Shown: positions 50,143 through 61,969 of the stretch, piece by piece
How the letters are laid out: every line of letters starts with the position of its first letter
Numbering within the stretch: the stretch's first letter is position 1
Assembly: GCF_004010195.1 (NCBI RefSeq)
Contig: NC_057719.1
Span: 10,481,466 to 10,545,465 of the forward strand
Source of the DNA: Chiloscyllium plagiosum
Lineage: Eukaryota
Length of the DNA: 64,000 nucleotides
Direction of reading: 5' to 3'
The notes under the pieces: generated by a model
What the model saw: only the letters and a program-made list of their open reading frames with translations
Database searches by the model: none
What the model was told of the DNA's origin: nothing
Program-made: the position numbers and the translations under genes

Positions 50143-53125
50143 CTCTGATTACAGGTATGAGTCTCTGATTACAGGAATGTGTCTCTGATTGCAGATATCT
50201 GTCTCTGATTACAAGAATGTGTCTTAGATTGCTGGTATTTGTCTCTGGTTGCATGTATGCATCTCAGATTACAGGTATGCATCTCTGATTGCAGGTATGC
50301 GTCTCTGATTGCAGATATGCATCTCTGATTGCAGATATGCGTCTTTGATTGCTAGTATGTGTCTCTGATTACAGGTATGTTTCTCTGATTACAGATATGC
50401 ATCTCAGATTGCAGGTTTGTGTCTCTGATTGCAAGTATGCATCTCTGATTGCATGTATGTATCTCTGATTACAGGTATGCATATCTGATTGCAGGTATGT
50501 GTCTCTGATTGCAGGTATGCATCTCTGATTACATGCATGCGTCTCTGATTGCAGGTATGCGTCTCTGATTGCTGGTATGTGTCTCGGATTGCAGGTATGA
50601 GTCTCTGATTGCATGTATGTGTCTCTGATTGCCGGTATGCATCTCTGATTGCAGGTATGTGTCTCTGATTGCATGTATGTATCTCTGATTGCATGTATGT
50701 ATCTCTGATTACAGGTATGCATCTCTGATTGCAGGTATGAGTGTCTGATTACAGGTATGTTTCTCTGATTACAGATATGCATCTCTGATTGCACGTTTGT
50801 GACTGTGATTGCAGGTACGCATCTCTGATTGCATGTATGTATCTCTGATTACAGATATGCATCTCTGATTGCAGGTACGTGTCTCTGATTGCAGGTATGC
50901 ATCTCTGATTACATGCATGCGTCTCTGATTGCAAGTATGCGTCTCTGATTGCTGGTATGTGTCTCGGATTGCAGGTATGAGTCTCTGATTGCCGGTATGC
51001 ATCTCTGATTGCATGTAGGTGTCTCTCATTGCAGGTATGTGTCTCTGATTGCAGGTATGTTTCTCTGACTGCATGTATGTGTCTCTGATTGTAGGTATGA
51101 GTCTCTGATTGCATGTATGTGCCTCTGATTGCAGGTATGCATCTCTGATTGCAGGTATGCATCTCTGATTTCAGTGAAGTGTCTCTGATTGCAGGTATGC
51201 GTCTCTGATTGCAGGTATGCGTCTCTGATTGCAGGTATGTGCCTCTGATTGCTGGTATACATCTCTGATTGCATGTATGCATCTCTGATTGCCGGTATGT
51301 GTCTCCGATGACACATATGTGTCTCTGATTGCAGGTATGCATCTCTGAATGCAGTTATGTGTCTCTGATTACAGGTATGTGTCTCTGATTGCAGGTATGA
51401 GTCTCTGATTGCCGGTATGTGTCGCTGATTGCAGATATGCGTCTCTGATGACACGTGTGTGTCTCTGATTGTGGGTATGCATCTCTGATTACAGGTATGC
51501 GTCTCTGATTGCAGGTATGTGACTCTGATTGCAAGTATACGTCTTTGATTGCAGGTATGTGTGTCTGATTACAGGTATGTGTCTCTGACTACATGTATGC
51601 ATCTCTGATTACATGTATGTGTCTCTGATTGCAGGTATGTGTTTCTGATTGCAGGTATACATCTCTGATTGCCGGTATGTGTCTCTGATTGCAGGTATAC
51701 ATCTCTGATTGCATGCATGCATCTCTGATTGCAGATATGCATCTCTGATGACACGTGTGTGTCTCTGATTGTGGCTATGCATCTCTGATTGCAGGTATGT
51801 GTCTCTGATTACAGGTATGCGCCTCTGATTGCAGGTATATGACTCTGATTGCAGGTATGCGTCTTTGATTGCAGGTATGTGTCTCTGAGGTATATGACTC
51901 TGATTGCAGGTATGCGTCTTTGATTGCAGGTATGTGTCTCTGACTACATGTATGCATCTCTGATTACAGGTATGTGTTTCTGATTGCTGATATGCGACTC
52001 TGATTGCATGTATGCGTCTCTGATTGCAGGTATCCATCTCTGATTGCAGATATGTGTCTCTGATTACAGGAATGTGTCTCTGATTACAGGTATGTGTCTC
52101 TGATCGCAGGTATGAGTCTCTGATTGCAGGTATGTGTCTCTGATTACAGGTATGTGTCTCTGATTGCAGGTATGCATCTCTGATTGCAGGTATGTGTCTC
52201 TGATTGCATGTGTGTGTCTCTGATTGCCGGTATGTGTCTCTGATTGCAGGTATACATCTCTGATAGCATGCATGCGTCTCTGATTGCAGATATGCGTCTC
52301 TGATGACACGGGTGTATCTCTGATTGTGGGTATGCGTCTCTGATTGCAGGTATGTGTGTCTGATTACAGGTATCCTTCTCTGATTGCAGATATGTGTCTC
52401 TGATTACAGGAATGTGTCTCTGATTGCATGTATGTGTCTCTGATTACAGATATGTGCCTCTGTTTGCATGTATGCATCTCTGATTGCCGGTATGTGTCTC
52501 CGATGACACGTATGTGTCTCTGATTGCGAGTATGTATCTCTGAATGCAGTTATGTGTCTCTGATTACAGGTATGTGTCTCTGATCGCAGGTATGAGTCTC
52601 TGATTGCAGGTATGTGTCTCTGATTACAGGTATGTGTCTCTGATTGCAGGTATGCATCTCTGATTGCAGGTATGTGTTTCTGATTGCTGGTATGCGTCTC
52701 TGATTTCATGTATGCGTCTCTGATTGCAGATATGCATCTCTGATTGCAGGTATGTGTCTCTGGTTGCATGTATGCATCTGAGATTACAGGTATGTGTCTC
52801 TGATTGCATGTATGTGTCTCTGATTGCATGTATGTATCTCTGATTACAGATATGCATCTCAGATTGCAGGTATGTGTCTCTGATTACAGGTATGTTTCTC
52901 TGATTACAGATATGCATTTCTGATTGCACGTTTGTGTCTCTGATTGCAGGTACGCATCTCTGATTGCATGTATGTATCTCTGATTACAGGTATGCATCTC
53001 TGATTGCAGGTATGTGTCTTTGACTGCATGTATGTGTCTCTGATTGTAGGTATGAGTCTCTGATCGCATGTATGTGCCTCTAATTGCAGGTCTGCATCTC
53101 TGATTGCAGGTATGCATCTCTGATT

Positions 53126-53625
53126 NNNNNNNNNNNNNNNNNNNNNNNNNNNNNNNNNNNNNNNNNNNNNNNNNNNNNNNNNNNNNNNNNNNNNNNNNNN
53201 NNNNNNNNNNNNNNNNNNNNNNNNNNNNNNNNNNNNNNNNNNNNNNNNNNNNNNNNNNNNNNNNNNNNNNNNNNNNNNNNNNNNNNNNNNNNNNNNNNNN
53301 NNNNNNNNNNNNNNNNNNNNNNNNNNNNNNNNNNNNNNNNNNNNNNNNNNNNNNNNNNNNNNNNNNNNNNNNNNNNNNNNNNNNNNNNNNNNNNNNNNNN
53401 NNNNNNNNNNNNNNNNNNNNNNNNNNNNNNNNNNNNNNNNNNNNNNNNNNNNNNNNNNNNNNNNNNNNNNNNNNNNNNNNNNNNNNNNNNNNNNNNNNNN
53501 NNNNNNNNNNNNNNNNNNNNNNNNNNNNNNNNNNNNNNNNNNNNNNNNNNNNNNNNNNNNNNNNNNNNNNNNNNNNNNNNNNNNNNNNNNNNNNNNNNNN
53601 NNNNNNNNNNNNNNNNNNNNNNNNN
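53126..53625. other. Assembly gap (exactly 500 N)
   Basis: N run. Confidence 1.
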
Positions 53626-56600
53626 TCTCTGATTGCAGGTATGTGTCTCTGATTGCTGTTATACATCTCTGATTGCATGTATGCATCTCTGATTGCCGGT
53701 ATGTGTCTCCGATGACACGTATCTGTCTCCGATGACACGTATGTGTCTCTGATTGCGGGTATGCATCTCTGAGTGCAGTTATGTGTCTCTGGTTACAGGT
53801 ATGTGTCTCTGATTGCAGCTATGAGTCTCTGATTGCAGGTATGTGTCTGTGATTGTGGGTATGCATCTCTGATTGCAGGTATGTGTCTCTGATTACAGGT
53901 ATGCGTCTCTGATTGCAGGTATGTGACTCTGATTGCAGGTATGCGTCTTTGATTGCAGGTATGTGTGTCTGGTTACAGGTATGTGTCTCTGACTACATGT
54001 ATGCATCTCTGATTACAGGTATGTTTCTCAGATTGCATGTATGCGTCTCTGATTGCAGATATGCATCTCTGATTGCAGGTATCCGTATCTGATTGCAGAT
54101 ATGTGTCTCTGATTACAGGAATGTGTCTCTGATTGCATATATGTGTCTCTGATTGCAGGTATATATCTCTGATTGCATGTATTTGTCTTTGATTGCAGGT
54201 ACGTGTCTCTGAAAACACGTATGTTTCTCTGATTGTGGGTATGCATCTCTGATTGCAGGTATGTGTCTCTGATTACAGATATGCATCTCTGATTGTGGGT
54301 ATGCATCTCTCATTGCAGGTATGCATCTTTGATTACAGGTATGTGTCTCTGATTGCAGGTATGTGTCTCTGATTGCATGTTTGCATCTCTGATTGCAGGT
54401 TTGTGCCTCTAATTGCAGGTATGCATCCCTGATTACAGGTATATGTTTCTGATTACAGGTATGTGTCTCTGATTGCATGTATGTGTCTCTGATTGCAGGT
54501 TTGTGCCTCTGATTGCAGGTATGCATCCCTGATTACAGATATATGTTTCTGATTACAGGTATATAACTCAGATTGCAGGTATGCATCTCTGATTGCAGAT
54601 ATGTGTCTCTGATTGCAGGTATGTGTCTCTGATTACAGGTATGTATCTCTGATTGCAGGTATGTGTCACTGATTGCAGGTTTGTGCCTCTGATTGCAGGT
54701 ATGCATCCCTGATTACAGGTATATGTTTCTGATTACAGGTATATAACTCAGATTGCAGGTATGCATCTCTATGTTTACAGATATGTATTTCTGATTACAG
54801 GTATGTCTCTCTTATTACAGGTATACATCTCTGAATATAGGCATGTATCTCTGATTATAGGTGTGTATCTCAGATTTCAGCTATGCATTTCTGATTTCTG
54901 GTCTGTATCTCTGATTTCAGATATGCACCCCTGATTACAGGTATGTGGCTCTGATTACACGTATGTATTTCTAACTGAATATATGCGTCTCTGATTGCAG
55001 GTATGTGTCTCTGATTACAGGTATATAGCTCGGATTACAGGTCTGTATCTCTGATTACAGGTTTGTATCTCTAATTTCAGGTATGCATCTTGGATTACAG
55101 GTGTGTATCACTGATTACAGGTTTGTATCGCTAATTTCAGGTATGCATCTTGGATTACAGGTATGTATCTCTGATTACCGGTTTGTATCTCTAATTTCAG
55201 GTATGCATCTTGGATTACAGGTGTGTATCTCTGATTACAGGCATGCATCTCTGGTGATCGGTATGTACTTCTGATTACAGGTATTTGTCTCGGATTGCAG
55301 GTCTGTATCCATGATTTCAGGTATTTATCTCTGATTACAGGTATGTGTCACTAATTACAGGTATGCATCTCAGATTGCAGGTATGCATCTCTCATTGCAG
55401 GTATGTTTATCTGATTACAGGTATGTATCACTGACTACAGGTGGGTGTCTCTTATTACAGGTATGTGTTTCTGTTTACAGGTATGTAACTCAGATTACAG
55501 CTATGCCTCTCTGATTGCAGAGATGTATCTCTGATTACAGCTATATATCTCTGGTAACAGGTATGCATCTCTGATTAGAAGTATGTGTTTCTGATTACAG
55601 GTATGCATCTCTGATTACAGGTTTATATCTCATTACAGGTATATACCTCTGATTACAGGCATGTGTCTCTGAATACAGATTTGTGTCTCTGATTGCACGT
55701 ATGTTTCTCTGATTACAGGTATGCATCTCTGATTACAGATATGTATCTCTGATTACAGGAATGCATCTTTGATTAAGGCATATATCTCTTATTACCAGTA
55801 TGTATCTCTGAATACAGGTACATATCTCTGATTACTGGTGTGTGTTTGAGATTACAGGTAGGCATCTCTGATTACAACTGTATATCTCTTATTACAGGTA
55901 TGTATCTCTGATTATAGGTATATATCTCTGATTATGGGTATGTGTCTCTTATTACAGATATGCATCTCTGATTATATGTTTATATCTCTGATAACTGGAA
56001 TATATGCCTGATTACAGGTATGAATCCCTGATTACAGGTATGCATCTCTGATTACAGGAATGTGTCTCTGATTACAGGTATGTATCTCTGATTACAGGTA
56101 TGTATCTCAGATTACAGCTATGCCTCTCTGATTGCAGAGATGTATCTCTGATTACAGCTATATATCTCTGGTAACAGGTATGCATCTCTGATTAGAAGTA
56201 TGTGTTTCTGATTACAGGTATGCATCTCTGATTACAGGTTTATATCTCTGTTTAGAAGTATCTGTCTCTGATTACAGGTCTGCATCTCTGATTACAGATT
56301 TGCATCTCTGTTTAGAAGTATGTGTCTCTGATTATCGGTATGCATCTCTGATTACAAGTTTGCATCTCTGATTACGGGTCTACATCTCTGATTACAGGAA
56401 TGTATCTTTGATTACAGGTATGCATCTATGATTGCACATATATAACTCAGATTACAGGTATATATCTCTGATTACAGATATGCATCTCTGATTAGAAATA
56501 TTTGTCTCTGATTACCGATATGCATCTCTGCTTACAGGTATGCATCTTTGAATACAGGTATGAGTCTCTGATTACAGGCATAAGTCTCTGATACAGGTAT

Positions 56601-56729
56601 GCCTCTCTGATTAGACTTATATATCTCTGATTACTGGTATGTGTCTCTGATTACAGGTATCTATCTCTGATTATGGGTATGCGTCTCTGAATACAGATAT
56701 GTGTCTCTGATTACAGGTATGTATCTCTG

Positions 56730-57020
56730 TTGTTGTGGTTCTGTTCGCCGAGCTGGAAATTTTTGTTGCAAACATTTCGTCCCCTGTCTAGGTGACATCC
56801 TCAGTGCTTGGGAGCCTCCTGCGAAGCGCTTCTGTGGTGTTTCCTCCGGCATTTATAGTGGCCTGTCCCTGCCGCTTCCGGTTGTCAGTTTCAGCTGTCC
56901 GCTGTAGTGGCCGGTATATTGGGTCCAGGTCGATGTGTTTGTTGATGGAGTTTGTGGATGAGTGCCATGCTTCTAGGAATTCCCTGGCTGTTCTTTGTTT
57001 GGCTTGCCCTTTCATGGTAG
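56730..57020 (-). mobile_element. PLE family-2b 3' end with hammerhead (56768-56807)
   Basis: ORF 56788-57015 GQAKQRTAREFLEAWHSSTNSINKHIDLDPIY. Confidence 0.85.
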
Positions 57021-59845
57021 TGTATCTCTGATTACTGATATGTGTCTCTGATTGCAGGCATGCACCTCTGATTATAGGTATGTATCTGTGATTACAGGTC
57101 TGTGTCTCTGATTACAAGTATGTATCTCCGACTGGAGATATGCGTCTCTGATTACAGGTATGTTTCCCTGATTGCAGGTATGAATCTCTGATTACACATA
57201 TGTATCTCTGATTAAAGGTATGCCTCTCTGCTTACAGGTATGCATCTCTGATTACATATATGTATCTCTGATTATGGGTATGTTCTCTGATTACAGGTAT
57301 ACATCTCTGATTACAGGTATGTGTCTTTGATTACAGGTATGCATCTTTGATTACTCTTATATAACTCAGATTACAGGTATATATCTCTGATTACAAATAT
57401 GCATCTCCATTACCGATGTGCATCTCTGCTCACAGGTATGCACCTTTGATTACAGGTATGAGTCTCTGATTACAGGTTTGGTCTCTGATTACACGTATAC
57501 ATCTCTGATTAGACTTATGTATCTCTGAAAACTGGTATGTGATTTTGAATACAGGTATGTATCTCTGATTACAGGTATGTATCTCTGAATACAGATATGT
57601 GTCTTTGATTACAGGTTTGTATCTCTGATTACAGGTTTGTATCTCTGATTACAGGTTTGTATCTCTGATTACTGATATGTTTCTCTGATTGCAGGCATGT
57701 ACCTCTGATTACAGGTATGTATCTGTGATTACAGGTCTGTGTCTCTGAATACCGGTATGTATCTCTGACTGCAGATATGTGTCTCTGATTACAGGTATGT
57801 CTTGCTGAGTTCACGTATGAATCTCTGATTGCACGTATGTATCTCTGATTACACATATGCCTCTCTGCTTTCAGGTATGCATCTCTGATTATGGGTATGT
57901 GTCTCCGATTACAGGTATACATCTCTGATTACAGGTATGTGTCTTTGATTACTGGAATGTGTCTCTGATTGCGTGTAGGTATCTCTGATTACAGGTATGC
58001 CTCTCTCATTAAAGGTATGCATCTCTGATTACGGGTATGTCTCTCTGAGTACAGGTATGTTTCTCTAGTTACAGGTATGTGTCTCTGATTACAGGTATGC
58101 ATTGCTGATTACAGTTATATATGTCTTTAGGGTGTAGGTTTGCTCGCTGAGCTGTACGTTTGATATCCATCCATATCCATTACATATGTCTGATTACAGG
58201 GATATATCTCTGATTGCAGGTGTGTATCTCTGATTACAGGTATGCATTTCTGATTACAGGTATGCATCTCTGCTTGCATGTATTTATCTCTGATTACTGA
58301 CATGTGTCTCTGATTACTGGTACGTGTCTCTGATTGGATGTATGTATCTCTGATTACAGATATGTGTCTCTGATTACACGTATGTGTCTCTGATTACAGG
58401 TTTGTGTCTCTAATTACAGGTATGCGTCTCTGATTACGCATATGTATCTCTGAATACTGGTATGTGTCTCTGATTTTTGGTATGTATCTGATTACAGGTA
58501 TGTGACACTGATTACAGGTATATATCTCTGCTTACAGGTATGAATCTCTGATTACACATTTGTATCTCTGATTAAAGGCATGCCTCTCTCATTACAGCTA
58601 TGTATCTCTGATTACAGGTATGCATCTCTGATTGCAGATATGTGTCTCTGATTACAGGTATGTGTCTCTGATTACAGGTATATATCTCTGATGACAGGCA
58701 TATATCTCTGATTACAGGTATGTGTCTCTGATTAAAGGCATGCCTCTCTCATTATAGTCATGTATCTCTGATTACAGGTATACATCTCTGATTACAGGTA
58801 TATATCTCTGATGACAGGCATATATCTCTGATTACAGGTATGTGTCTCTCATTAAAGGCATGCCTCTCTCATTATAGTCATGTATCTCTGATTACAGGTA
58901 TACATCTCTGATTACAGGTATGTTTCTCTGATTATAGGTATATATCTCCGATTACAGGTATGCATCTCTGATTACAGGTATACATCTCTGATTGCAGGTA
59001 TGTGTCTCTGATTGCATGTATGTATCTCTGATTACAGGTATGTAAACTCTGATTAAAGGTATGCCTCTCTCATTACAGGTATATCTCTCTGATTACAGGT
59101 ATGTCCCTCTGAGTACAGGTATGTTTCTCTACAGGCGTGTGTCTCTGATTACAGATATGCATTGCTGATTACAGTTGTATATGTCTGATTACAGGGATAT
59201 ATCTTTGATTGCAGGTGTGTGTCTCTGATTACAGGTATGCGTCTCTGGTTTCAGGTATGCATCTCTGCTTACATGTATTTATCTCTGATTACTGATATGT
59301 GTCTCTGATTACTGGTACGTGTCTCTGATTGCATGCATGTATCTCTGATTACAGATATGTGTCTCGGATTACAGGTATGAGTCTCTGATTACATATAACT
59401 GATTACAGATTTGTGTCTCTGATTACAGGTATGCAACTCTGATTACTCGTATGTATCTCTGAATACTGGTATGTGTCTCTGATTACTGGTATGTATGTGA
59501 TTACAGGTAAGTGACACTGATTACAGGTATGTATTGCTGATTACAGGTATGAATCTCTGATTACACATATGTGTCTCTGATTAAAGGCATGCCTCTTATT
59601 ACAGCATGTATCTCTGATTACAGGTATGTATCTCTGATTACAGGTATGTATCTCTGATTACATGTATGTATCTCTGATTAAAGGCATGCCTCTCTCATTA
59701 CAGCCATGCATATCTGTGTCTCTGATTACAGGTATGTATCTCTGATGACGGTATGCGTCTCTGATTACAGGTATGTGTCTCTGATTGCATGTAAGTATCT
59801 CTGATTAAAGCTATATCTCTCTCATTACAGGTATGTATCTCTGAT

Positions 59846-60138
59846 TAGATTACCTACAGTGGAAACAGGCCCTTTGGTGCAACAAGTCCACACCGACCCT
59901 CCAAAGATCTACCCACCACACCCATTCCCCTACATTTACCCCTGCACCTAATACTACGGGCAATTTAGCATGGCCAATTCACCTAACCTGCACATCTTTG
60001 TGACTGTGGGAAGAAACCCACGCAGACAAGGAGAGAATGTGCAAACTCCACACAGACAGTTGCCTGCAGCGGGAATTGAACCCGGGTCCCAGGTGCTGTG
60101 AGGCAGCAGTGCTAACCACTAAGCCACCGTGCCACCCT
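59846..60138 (-). mobile_element. HE1-type V-SINE in the satellite
   Basis: Near-consensus sequence. Confidence 0.9.
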
Positions 60139-60227
60139 AAAACAGGTATGCTTCTCTGATTACAGGTATGTGTCTCTGTTTCCAGGTATCTATCTCTGAT
60201 TACGAGTACATGTCTCTGAATCTCATC

Positions 60228-60617
60228 TAGTCTCACTGGTATCCTTACATACAGATGAGGGAGGACATCACTTCGATTGGGACAACACATCCATCCTAGG
60301 ACAAGCCAAACAGAGACACGCACGAGAATTCCTTGAAACATGTCAATCCAACCGGAACTCTACGAACAAACACATTGACTTGGATCCCATTTACCACCCC
60401 ATGAGAAAAAGAACAGAAAATGGCATCACCACAGGAAATTATGTCACCACAGGAAATGACGTCACCAATCCAAGGAAACTTAAACACATAAACAGAAAGC
60501 GGGTCATGCCACTAGTGCTTCATCCCGAGGCTCACTGATGATGTTACCTAGTATGGTGATGAAACGTCTGAAAATGAACCTTCCCACTCAGTGAGCAAAC
60601 CTACATCGAGAACCTCA
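60228..60617 (+). mobile_element. PLE family-2 3' end bounding the satellite
   Basis: Homologous to 46318-46716. Confidence 0.85.
60532..60571 (+). ncRNA. Minimal hammerhead ribozyme motif, apparently intact
   Basis: UCA CUGAUGA U GUUACC-UAGUAU-GGUGAU GAA ACGU C UGA: helix I UCA/UGA, ACGU palindrome, GUC triplet. Confidence 0.75.
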
Positions 60618-61082
60618 AAGCTCACTAAGTGTATAATTGATGATAAGGTTTTGATTTTGGATTTCAAATAGAGGCAAATGGAGGTGAGTCAATTTTGAGA
60701 AGCTCATTTTATTATTGAATAAGCTAGCAAGTCATTCAGAACAGTGATTTCAGTGCATCAATTCCAAGAAAGCATGTCGCTGTAGTTAAATGCCTGGGTG
60801 AACCACTGTTCCAGTGTTCATGCCAGAATTGCTGAGTTTTCAACTTACCAGGAATTGATTAATTTAGTTTTGACTTTTGAGCTCAGTTCAGAAGAAGCAG
60901 GAGTTCAGTTTAGTTACTCATTGTAGGAGAATCAAGTTGCTTTCAGGAGAACCAGTCACTTTAGCTGAAGTGTTTTATTTCTGTGGAGATAACCAGTGAA
61001 GAGAGATTGAAGAGAAATGTACAAGTGTTAGAACTGAAACGTTTTAGAATTATGAAAGATTCATAATGGTATACTCACGAAA

Positions 61083-61960
61083 TTACCTTCGCAGCCCAAG
61101 GGAATGAAACTTGGAGAGGTCAGTCCACGTGGACGAGGACAGATTGTTGGTGATCATCACTCCCAGGAACTTGACACTCTTGGCAATCTCCCCCTCAGCA
61201 CCATTGATGCAGTCAGGGGCATGCTCTTCACTCAGCTTCCTGAAGTCAATGACCAGCTCCTTTGCCTTGTTGACGTTGATGGAGAGATTGTTGACTTTAT
61301 TCCCTGCCACTAAGCACTGAGTCTCTTTCCTATAGTCTGTCTTGTCATTGTTTGAGATCCAGCCTATAATGGTAGTGTCATCAGCAAACCTGTAAATGGA
61401 GTTGGGGCAGAATTTGGCCATTCAGTTGTGAGTGAATAGAAGTATAGTAGAGGGCTAAGTACACAGCCTTGTGAGGCACCAGTGTTGAGGATTGTGGTGG
61501 AGAAAATGTTTTTCATCTATTCTTATGGATTGCGATCTATGGTTGGGAAGTCAAGGATTTAGTAACAGAGGGGGGAGCCAAGACTAGGTCTCAGAGTTTA
61601 GAGATGAGTTTGTTTGTAACTATGTTGTTGCAGGCAGACCTATAGTCAAAAAGTAGAAAGCTGACATGGTATCCTTGTTCTCCAAACGCTTCAGCAATTA
61701 GTGTCGGGCCAGGGAATTGGTATCAAGATTAAAGTGGTGCTGGAAAAGCACAGCAGGTCAGACAGCATCCAAGGTGCAGGAAAATCAATGTTTCAGGCAA
61801 AAGCCCTTCATCAGGAACCTTTTTGCCCAAAACGTTGATTTTCCTGCTCCTCGGATGCTGCCTGAACTGTTTTGTGTTTCCAGCACCACTCTAATCTTGA
61901 CTCTAATCTCCAGCATCTGCAGTACCCACTTCAATCCAGGGAAATGGCATCTGTTGTAGA
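61083..61960 (-). mobile_element. Rex1/Babar-type LINE RT fragment
   Basis: RFADDTTIIGWISNNDKTDYR...NNLSINVNKAKELVIDFRK. Confidence 0.8.
61717..61935. mobile_element. Foldback PLE family-1 mini-element
   Basis: Inverted arms ~61724-61803 / 61820-61899; TSD CCAGGGAA (61709-61716 / 61936-61943); minus-strand core CUGAUGA A GGGC-UUUU-GCCU GAAAC at 61784-61817. Confidence 0.8.
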
Positions 61961-61969
61961 CCCAATAGG

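Larger units (their letters stand above)
45363..60220. repeat. 20-bp tandem satellite array, consensus TCTCTGATTRCAGGTATGYR, roughly 600 units
   Basis: Directly visible 20-nt periodicity; interrupted by five insertions and a gap. Confidence 0.97.

Noticed and set aside
47825..57922. Many long minus-strand ORFs of a 20-aa repeat (SETHTCNQRHIPAIRDTYLQ)
   Set aside because: Three 20-bp units read through all frames; the G variant simply lacks TAA, so ORFs appear in overlapping frames wherever G dominates. No unique domains or splice context.
45363..60220. CRISPR-like array
   Set aside because: No unique spacers, no cas genes, vertebrate context; it is a plain tandem repeat.
45363..60220. Alu-like GATTACAGG motif
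   Set aside because: Only a 9-nt coincidence; no other Alu sequence.
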